Part shown: piece after piece, positions 57,441 through 64,000 of the stretch | How positions within the stretch are numbered: position 1 is the first letter of the stretch | How the letters are laid out: each line of letters opens with the position of its first letter | Program-made: the position numbers and the translations under genes | The notes under the pieces: model-generated | What the model was told of the DNA's origin: nothing | What the model saw: only the letters and a program-made list of their open reading frames with translations | The model's database searches: none | Assembly (NCBI GenBank): GCA_018432615.1 | Contig: JAHDSQ010000017.1 | Span: 37,413 to 101,412 of the forward strand | DNA from: Clostridia bacterium | GTDB taxonomy: Bacteria > Bacillota > Peptococcia > DRI-13 > SM3-B62 | DNA: 64,000 bases | Reading direction: 5' to 3'

Positions 57441-58229
57441 ATGGCATATATCGGGTTAAAACACCCTGTTTTTGCGCCGATTACAGCTGAACCGGCGAGC
57501 AGTCTGCCGACATACGGCGCTGGGCTTGTAGTCGGTCACGCAATAGCAGCCAACGTGACGATAGAGTTGTCGGAAAGCAAGTTGCCTGCCGATGATATGA
57601 TTGTCGAGATTGACAACAGCTTTGTTTCCGGAACGATTAGCACCGGGATTGATGACCTGTCGGACGAAGTGCTGCAGGCGTGGCTTGGCAATAAAAAAGT
57701 CACAGTAGGAGGCGTGGACGTTATACGCTCGGCCGCTAATTATGAGGCCCCAGAAGGAGGTTTTGGCTACTACAGGGTACGCAAAAAGAACGGCGTACGC
57801 TCTTTCCGGGCGTATTGGTACTACAAAACCAAGTGGGGTATGCCATCAGAAGAAGCGGCAACTAAGCCTGACGGCTCCATTGAGTGGCAAACTCCCAGCA
57901 TCGAAGGAGCAATAATGACGGCTCAAGACGCAGATAACTCATGGCGAGACATGGCAACTTTCGCCACAGAGGCGGAAGCTGTTGCATGGTTAGAGGAACT
58001 TGCCAATATCGGAGAACCGGCAGATCTAACCGACCTTAATACGGCGATAACAGCGGCTCAAGTTCTGGATCCAGAAGCTTATACATCGGTATCTTGGGTA
58101 GATGTGGCTGTTGCTCTTGACGAAGCTGTTGCCGTAACTGCAATGGAAAGCCCTTCCCAAACGAGGGTTGACCAGGCCGAGAGTGTGCTTACAACCGCTA
58201 TGGCGAGTTTAGTCGAACGTGTAGTTTAA
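57441..58229 (+). CDS. Major tail (tube) protein with C-terminal FIVAR-like helical domain
   Basis: MAYIGLK.PVFA, ADD, G.GY, I.WQTP.IEG; C-terminal DL..L..AI..A...D...YT..SW.....AL..A...SQ..VD.A...L..A...LV. Confidence 0.85.
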   Translation: MAYIGLKHPVFAPITAEPASSLPTYGAGLVVGHAIAANVTIELSESKLPADDMIVEIDNSFVSGTISTGIDDLSDEVLQAWLGNKKVTVGGVDVIRSAANYEAPEGGFGYYRVRKKNGVRSFRAYWYYKTKWGMPSEEAATKPDGSIEWQTPSIEGAIMTAQDADNSWRDMATFATEAEAVAWLEELANIGEPADLTDLNTAITAAQVLDPEAYTSVSWVDVAVALDEAVAVTAMESPSQTRVDQAESVLTTAMASLVERVV

Positions 58230-58241
58230 TGAGGTGGCATT

Positions 58242-58649
58242 ATGTTTGAAGGTAGCAAGATTACGATTGGGAAAAAAGAATATCCTGCAGTTTTTAACGT
58301 GGTTGCATTGCAAGAAGTAATTAATCAATACGGAAGCCTTGAAGACTTGGGCACTGAACTTGATAAAGACTACTCAAAGGCAATCGACATATGCCTTTGG
58401 CTCTTGGAATTGCTGATCAAACAAGGGATAGACCTCGATAATTTTGAGAATGGGACGGACGCAAAAGCTCCTACAGCTGATCAGCTCAAGCTTGTAATGA
58501 AGCCGCATGAAATAAGTAAAAACCGCGAAGTGATTTTCCGCATCATCAACGATGGGATAAGCTCAGGTGAAGATAAGGAAGAAGAAGTTGATGAAGTATT
58601 AGAAGAGGTACTTTCCTCAAAAAACGTGACGGGCGCAGAGGACAAATAG
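58242..58649 (+). CDS. Tail assembly chaperone (gpG-like)
   Basis: Between the tail tube and tape measure genes; slippery A AAA AAC at 58619-58625. Confidence 0.8.
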   Translation: MFEGSKITIGKKEYPAVFNVVALQEVINQYGSLEDLGTELDKDYSKAIDICLWLLELLIKQGIDLDNFENGTDAKAPTADQLKLVMKPHEISKNREVIFRIINDGISSGEDKEEEVDEVLEEVLSSKNVTGAEDK

Positions 58650-58810
58650 AGCCTTTGCGCCTTGTATTTTTAGGGATGCGCTGTGGTATGAGTGAGAAGC
58701 AATCATGGCTCACCACTCCGGGGCGCATAATTAAGTTTTGGAAATGGACGAAGGAATACGATTATCTTTTGCACGGGATACAAGAGAGAGAAGCAGGAGG
58801 TGAGGAATAG
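58619..58810 (+). CDS. -1 frameshift extension of the tail chaperone (gpGT-like)
   Basis: The -1 frame is open from the slippery site to TAG 58808-58810, which overlaps the tape measure GTG. Confidence 0.75.
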   Translation, partial: KKRDGRRGQIEPLRLVFLGMRCGMSEKQSWLTTPGRIIKFWKWTKEYDYLLHGIQEREAGGEE

Positions 58811-60861
58811 TGGCTAAACGTGAAATAAAGACAACTTTGGCCTTGGACGGCGAGCAGAAATTTAAACAAGAACTGCAAGCTGCTTCCCGTGAACTTCGCG
58901 TATTGGGGAGTGAAACCAAGGCCAATACCTCCGCTTTTGGCACTAACGCCAAATCCATGGACGCTTTGAGAGCGAAAAATGAGGGGTTAAGCAAGCAAGC
59001 AGCCCAACAAAAAGAAATAGTTGCAGCCCTCACCAAAGCCGTAGAAGATAGTGCGAATAAATACGGGGAAGCAGATAAGCGGACAGACGGATATCGGATA
59101 AAGCTCAATAACGCTACCGCTTCTCTTAATAAAATGGAAAATGAAATTGCTCAGAATAACAAGGCAATAGATAACTATAGTAAAGAGGCTATCAAGGCGG
59201 CCAAGAATAGCGAAGAAATGAAAAAGGCCCAAGACAGCCTAAATAAGGCATTTAACACTGTAAAGGTGGCTGCTCTGGCTGTCGCCGGTGCAGTTGCTGG
59301 CATTAGTGCGGCTCTCATTGGAGCGGCTAAATGGGCTGATGATATAAACACATTGGCAACTCAAACAGGTATATCAACAGAACAATTGCAGAAGTTCCAA
59401 TATGCCGCAGAACGGATTGATGTTCCGGTTGAAACATTAACCGGCAGTATGGCAAAACTTACTAAAAATATGCAGACTGCAAAAGAGGCATCTGACCTAG
59501 GCCGCCAGCTAACCGGTTCTGCTTTGGCCTTTGAGGAACTAGGTGTAAGTGTACTGGGAGCGGACGGGCAATTGCGAAGCAACCAGGATGTTTTTGACGA
59601 GACTATTAAAAAACTAGGAGAGATGGAAAACGAGACCCAGCGTGATGCATACGCTATGCAAATCTTTGGCAAGTCAGCACAGGACTTAAACCCGCTGATA
59701 AAAGGTGGAGCTGAAGCTCTTAAACAACTTGGGGACGAAGCAGCAGCGGCAGGATTGATACTCGACCAAGAAGCGTTGGACAACCTTAACGCCGTCAATG
59801 ATGTAGTAGATGAATTTAAGGCTAAAGTCAAAGCTGGCGGTATGGCACTTATGGCCGACCTTGCGGAGCCGCTGCAGGGCTTTTTAGAAGGTCTGGATAC
59901 TCAAAAGACAATTGATGGTATACAAGGCTTTATCGATACGATTATGGAGAACAAAGACCAGATACTTGCGGCCATAGGGGCGATTGCAACCGGACTAATT
60001 GCGTGGAATGTTGTAAATATAGTGCAAGGTATGGTTGGGGCAGTAAAAGCGTGGAGAACAGCTACCCAGGGAATGACCTTGGCACAACAGGCCTTAAATC
60101 TCGTTATGGCCGCTAACCCTATTGGTCTTGTTATAACAGCGGTTGCTGCTTTGGTGGCCGGAATTATAATACTGTGGAAAACCAACGAAGACTTTCGGGA
60201 AGCAGTCAAGGAAATATGGGAGTCAATTTTAGGAGCGATACGGTTTGCAGTTGAAACGGTTGTAAACTTTTTCACCGTAACAATCCCTAATGCTTTAAGT
60301 GATGCACTGACGGCCATGAAAAATTGGATAAACAACATGATAACGACTGCAAAGGTTGAGATACCCAAGGTAATAAAGACAATTTTAACTTTCTTTGCCG
60401 AGTTGCCAAAGAAAATGGTTGATATAGGCTTTGAGGTTGTACGGGGGTTATGGGACGGTATCAAGGGAGCTGCTTCCTGGTTAAAGGATAAAATAAGTGG
60501 TTTTGCTTCTGGAATCATCAGTGGATTTAAAAGTGCATTCGGTATATCTTCACCGTCAAAAATTATGCGTGATGAAATAGGATCCATGATTGGATCTGGA
60601 ATGGCTGCCGGTATAGAAGATAGTATTGCCGAAGTGCGGAGAGCCATGGCCAGGCTAAACAGGAATATTGTTGCTGATGCTGATATAACTACCAATGCGA
60701 AAGTTAGTACAGCAGGCGGCGGGAAAAGTGCATCCGGATCCGGGCGGGTAGTAAACCAAACAATTATTTTTAATAGCCCGAAAGCCTTAGATGAGACGGA
60801 AATTGAAGAACATACACGCCGCGAAGGACAACGGCTGCAAATCTTACTGGCGGGGGTGTAA
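58810..60861 (+). CDS. Tape measure protein
   Basis: Ala-rich helical; ANPIGLV...A.LVA....LW, FGI.SPS. Confidence 0.9.
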   Translation: MAKREIKTTLALDGEQKFKQELQAASRELRVLGSETKANTSAFGTNAKSMDALRAKNEGLSKQAAQQKEIVAALTKAVEDSANKYGEADKRTDGYRIKLNNATASLNKMENEIAQNNKAIDNYSKEAIKAAKNSEEMKKAQDSLNKAFNTVKVAALAVAGAVAGISAALIGAAKWADDINTLATQTGISTEQLQKFQYAAERIDVPVETLTGSMAKLTKNMQTAKEASDLGRQLTGSALAFEELGVSVLGADGQLRSNQDVFDETIKKLGEMENETQRDAYAMQIFGKSAQDLNPLIKGGAEALKQLGDEAAAAGLILDQEALDNLNAVNDVVDEFKAKVKAGGMALMADLAEPLQGFLEGLDTQKTIDGIQGFIDTIMENKDQILAAIGAIATGLIAWNVVNIVQGMVGAVKAWRTATQGMTLAQQALNLVMAANPIGLVITAVAALVAGIIILWKTNEDFREAVKEIWESILGAIRFAVETVVNFFTVTIPNALSDALTAMKNWINNMITTAKVEIPKVIKTILTFFAELPKKMVDIGFEVVRGLWDGIKGAASWLKDKISGFASGIISGFKSAFGISSPSKIMRDEIGSMIGSGMAAGIEDSIAEVRRAMARLNRNIVADADITTNAKVSTAGGGKSASGSGRVVNQTIIFNSPKALDETEIEEHTRREGQRLQILLAGV

Positions 60862-60864
60862 CAT

Positions 60865-61731
60865 ATGCAAAAATTAACATTCTACAACTCTGCCGGCGAG
60901 TATATCACTATCGACTATCAAGGCCCGTATATCCTACAAAACCTGATCGGTATATCAGACGCGCCGGTCGAAGTGCTTAGTTCGCGAGGCTATCAGCAGG
61001 ACGGACAAACCGCTGCGGGTGATTTTATGCTAGCAAGGGCTATCAGCTTTGGTGTAGTAGTCAAGGCTGATAGTATGCAAGAGGCATATAGACTAAGGCG
61101 GGAACTGATAGCTTTTATCAAACCAAAAACCGACTATGTTGTTATATATGAAAATGACTACATTACAGTTAAATTCACCTGCCGGGTGAGTATACCGCCA
61201 TCCTTCGGCAGTGCTCAAGAGAGCATATCTAAATATAAAAGCAGTGCAATATCACTTGTCTGTGACAATCCGTACTTGGTGGACGTAACCGAAACAACCG
61301 TACCGATGGCCGTGGAAACGCCGGAGTTTGTTTTTCCGATAGTATTTAATCCGGAAATAATCCTGTCAACTCTTTCCAACCGTCGGGTAATAATTAAGAA
61401 TGCCGGAGATGTCCCGGCCCCGGTTAGAGTGGTATTTCTCGGTGGTTCGACAAACCCGATCATAACCAATGAGACAACAGGTGAGTTTATCAAAGTTAAC
61501 CGGGAAATTCTGCCGACAGACACCTTGGAAATTACTACAGAGTATGGGAATAAACGAGTTTGGATTATAGACGAAGAAGGCGAGAGAACAAACGCCTCAA
61601 ACTATATCGACCAGGATAGCACGTTCTTTTCGTTGGCAGTCGGTGAAAACGAACTGGTATACGATGCCGACAGTGGAGTTGATAGCGCTCAGGTGTTTGT
61701 CTACTACTCAAACCGCTACTTGGGGGTGTAG
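60865..61731 (+). CDS. Distal tail protein (Dit)
   Basis: Follows the tape measure gene; C.NPY, N.GDV.AP, F..L..GEN.L.Y, RYLGV. Confidence 0.82.
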   Translation: MQKLTFYNSAGEYITIDYQGPYILQNLIGISDAPVEVLSSRGYQQDGQTAAGDFMLARAISFGVVVKADSMQEAYRLRRELIAFIKPKTDYVVIYENDYITVKFTCRVSIPPSFGSAQESISKYKSSAISLVCDNPYLVDVTETTVPMAVETPEFVFPIVFNPEIILSTLSNRRVIIKNAGDVPAPVRVVFLGGSTNPIITNETTGEFIKVNREILPTDTLEITTEYGNKRVWIIDEEGERTNASNYIDQDSTFFSLAVGENELVYDADSGVDSAQVFVYYSNRYLGV

Positions 61732-61733
61732 CA

Positions 61734-62822
61734 GTGAGATTGCAAGTATATAATGCTGACTTTGTATATCAAGGCGAGATTGATGATTTTGAGAGTTGTA
61801 ATATCCACAGAAAATACAGAGGCACAGAAACATTAAGCATGACAATATCATACGAGTCCGGCAATACTCAGCTCCTGCAAAAGCATTACTGGCTATACGC
61901 CGGACCAAAGAGGATATTTGAGATACTGCATAGGGAAATCGAGACCGACAAGCCCGATACCCTCAAGATAATTGCTTATGGTGGAGGTCTGGCATGGGCG
62001 AAACGTATCACAATACCGCCGGACGGCTATGCCTATCACACGGCATCGGGTAGCCGTGATGCTATCGTCAAAGCGTACATCACAGCTAACGCAATCAATC
62101 CTCCCGTACATGCGGTTTTACGTGCAGTGCCATATTTGGCCTGTGCAACAGTGCAGTCCGGAGATAGCATAACAGACCAGACCCGGCTAAAACCTCTTGC
62201 TGATGAGGTTTCCAGGGTACTTGCTTCGGCTGACATGGGCTACTGTTTTGATTTTGCTCCTGATACTCCGGCGCTTGTGTTTGACACTTACACAGGAGCA
62301 AACAGGACGGCGAGCAACATAGATGGTCTGCCTCCGGCTATTTTCGATTTACAATTTGACAATATAATCTCCCGCCGGCACATCGACAGTTTAACTAATG
62401 CTAAAAATGCTTTGTTTGTTGGGGGCCAGGGTGAGGGAGAAACGAGGACTATCATCCTTGTAGGAGAGGCAACAGGAGCCGAAAGATATGAGGATTTTGT
62501 TGATGCTAGAGACACGGACAATACAAATGAGCTGATTAACAGAGGTTTGGCAGCTCGAAAAGAAGGTGCCCTGTCTTACGAAGCCAAAATCAATCCATAT
62601 GCTAATTTAACATATGAACATGACTATTTTTTGGGTGATATAGTGACTGTGCAGGATAGAGGTTTGGGACTCACGCTTGATACAAGGATAATGGAAATCA
62701 AAGAAATATACCAGCAGGCGCAACCAGACAGGATAGAGTGTACCTTCGGAAATACCGTTCCGACATTTTTAAATACAATCAAAGAGCAACAGAAACAGAT
62801 AAATCAACTATCAGGAAGATAG
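61734..62822 (+). CDS. Baseplate hub/Tal-like protein (ReqiPepy6 Gp37-like)
   Basis: VGGQGEG..R, RYE.FVDARD, DY.LGDIVTV. Confidence 0.8.
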   Translation: MRLQVYNADFVYQGEIDDFESCNIHRKYRGTETLSMTISYESGNTQLLQKHYWLYAGPKRIFEILHREIETDKPDTLKIIAYGGGLAWAKRITIPPDGYAYHTASGSRDAIVKAYITANAINPPVHAVLRAVPYLACATVQSGDSITDQTRLKPLADEVSRVLASADMGYCFDFAPDTPALVFDTYTGANRTASNIDGLPPAIFDLQFDNIISRRHIDSLTNAKNALFVGGQGEGETRTIILVGEATGAERYEDFVDARDTDNTNELINRGLAARKEGALSYEAKINPYANLTYEHDYFLGDIVTVQDRGLGLTLDTRIMEIKEIYQQAQPDRIECTFGNTVPTFLNTIKEQQKQINQLSGR

Positions 62823-62832
62823 GAGGGATAAG

Positions 62833-63597
62833 ATGCCATACAGAAGCGATTTTTTTACCGCCAAAGAAATAGGCGGCATATATGACCGCAAATATGGGGC
62901 GGATGCCTTCGCCCGCCGCTTTGCGAGTTATATCAGCAGCGGAATAGAGATTGTCGGCGGGGGCGTGCTCTCTGATGAGTTAGAAGTCTCTATAAGACCA
63001 GCATCGATGCAAAGTCAAATAAATCTGGGCGCAGTCTCTATCAATGGGTATCGTGGGGAAGTATACGACGATGCGGTGGTACTCACCCACTCTGGGGCTG
63101 ACCCGTTGTATCCACGAATCGACAGAGTAGTAATGGAGCTTAATTTGACTGATGATGTACGTGCGGTTGTGCCTAAGGTTGTGACAGGCACCCCGGCAAC
63201 ATCTCCGGAGCCTGAACCGCTTGCGCGCACATCGTCAATCTATCAGCTTGGTCTCGCCACTATATTAGTGCCTGCAGATGTGGCAAGCATACCCACGGAA
63301 AACGTGACGGACACAAGGTCAGATAATGAAGTATGCGGGGTTGCTAATGTCGTGCTTGGCATTACACCGCCAGACGGGAACGCAGCATCCGGTATTTCTG
63401 TGGACAACACAGAGTTAGAGGTTATATCAGGAGCAAGCCAACAAGATGTGGACGAAAGTATAGACCAAGTAATTAGTACGCATTTGTTAGAAACTATGCC
63501 ACACCAAACAACCGACCCCACAACAAGCAAAACGTACACATACGGTATCGCCATGCAAAACGGTGTGGTAGGAATACTGATGGAAGAGGTGGTATAA
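62833..63597 (+). CDS. Baseplate/tail structural protein
   Basis: FF......YDR.Y.A, RIDRVV..L, V.GTP...P..P.L.R...Y.L.LA.I, I/V.DTR.....CG. Confidence 0.75.
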   Translation: MPYRSDFFTAKEIGGIYDRKYGADAFARRFASYISSGIEIVGGGVLSDELEVSIRPASMQSQINLGAVSINGYRGEVYDDAVVLTHSGADPLYPRIDRVVMELNLTDDVRAVVPKVVTGTPATSPEPEPLARTSSIYQLGLATILVPADVASIPTENVTDTRSDNEVCGVANVVLGITPPDGNAASGISVDNTELEVISGASQQDVDESIDQVISTHLLETMPHQTTDPTTSKTYTYGIAMQNGVVGILMEEVV

Positions 63598-64000
63598 ATG
63601 GCTGAATTTTTCCCTTTAGCAAGTCCTAGTGATGTGAGGGCAGAAAGATATAACCCAGGGTTTGGTGGGGCTACGTTAAGCGGGTGTGAGATTGATAATA
63701 ATGGTAATGTTACACTTGATTTAGTTAACAGTGTGTTAATGCTAATTGATTTAACACAAACCGGGTACGTTCCATTTAGTACCAATAATGTGAGACATGC
63801 ACAATCTATATCTTTTACAGAAAATGTAGAGGTTACAAAAGTTATCTTATCATTGATTAAGCTAGCCGGAAGTCCTACTGGTACATTGACGGTAGAAATA
63901 CAAACAGACAATATAAATAAACCATCAGGTTCTGTAGTTGGTGTTGCGTCAACCCTGAATATTTCGACCATACTAGGCAGTAGAACTAATTACAATTTTG
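63598..64000 (+). CDS. Probable tail fibre/receptor-binding protein, 3' truncated (not in the ORF track)
   Basis: GAGGTGG RBS; ATG directly after the previous stop; open to the window end (MAEFFPLASPSDVRAERYNPG...AQSISF...GSPTGTLTVEIQTD). Confidence 0.65.
   Translation, partial: MAEFFPLASPSDVRAERYNPGFGGATLSGCEIDNNGNVTLDLVNSVLMLIDLTQTGYVPFSTNNVRHAQSISFTENVEVTKVILSLIKLAGSPTGTLTVEIQTDNINKPSGSVVGVASTLNISTILGSRTNYNF

Larger units (their letters stand above)
30199..64000. mobile_element. Siphovirus-type prophage integrated in cotJC (continues beyond the window)
   Basis: Integrase, CI/Cro, replication, packaging, HK97-type head and non-contractile tail modules in canonical order. Confidence 0.95.

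Noticed and set aside
59901-63971. Long minus-strand ORFs (59901-60695, 63243-63971) and similar shadows elsewhere (3848-4354, 45950-46663)
   Set aside because: They lie antisense to well-supported genes and have no motifs or RBS; treated as codon-bias shadows
30199-64000. Searched for a diversity-generating retroelement, retron, toxin-antitoxin or tRNA genes in the prophage
   Set aside because: No reverse transcriptase motif, template/variable repeat pair or tRNA-like sequence was recognised in this window

Overview
This window comes from a spore-forming Firmicute (Clostridia-like), probably near the replication origin, since it has a parS site, veg and spoIIR. Bases 1-30 kb are host genes: a 2-oxoacid dehydrogenase E1/ptb/buk cluster, pdxK, serC, veg, sipL, spoIIR, selA, a Pho-box-preceded Na/Pi cotransporter, an 11-gene Mrp antiporter operon, rnhA, an OYE oxidoreductase and cotJABC. 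At about 30198 the spore-coat Mn-catalase gene cotJC is cut at its DIGTEE motif by a siphovirus-type prophage that runs past the window end. The prophage carries a large serine recombinase, a CI/Cro switch, a three-piece Rad50/SbcC with Mre11, RecD2 and a primase-helicase, an iteron origin, an accessory region, an HK97-type head and a tail. The most notable signals are: (1) a sporulation-gene-interrupting prophage with a candidate mother-cell-driven excision factor; (2) about 24-bp quasi-palindromic repeats at accessory gene boundaries, suggesting a cassette system; (3) a Rad50 split at its zinc hook, with a 47-aa modular coiled coil; (4) a host-Prp-type cleavage motif on the capsid protein; (5) a -1 frameshift in the tail chaperone. 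All calls come from reading motifs; no database searches were run.
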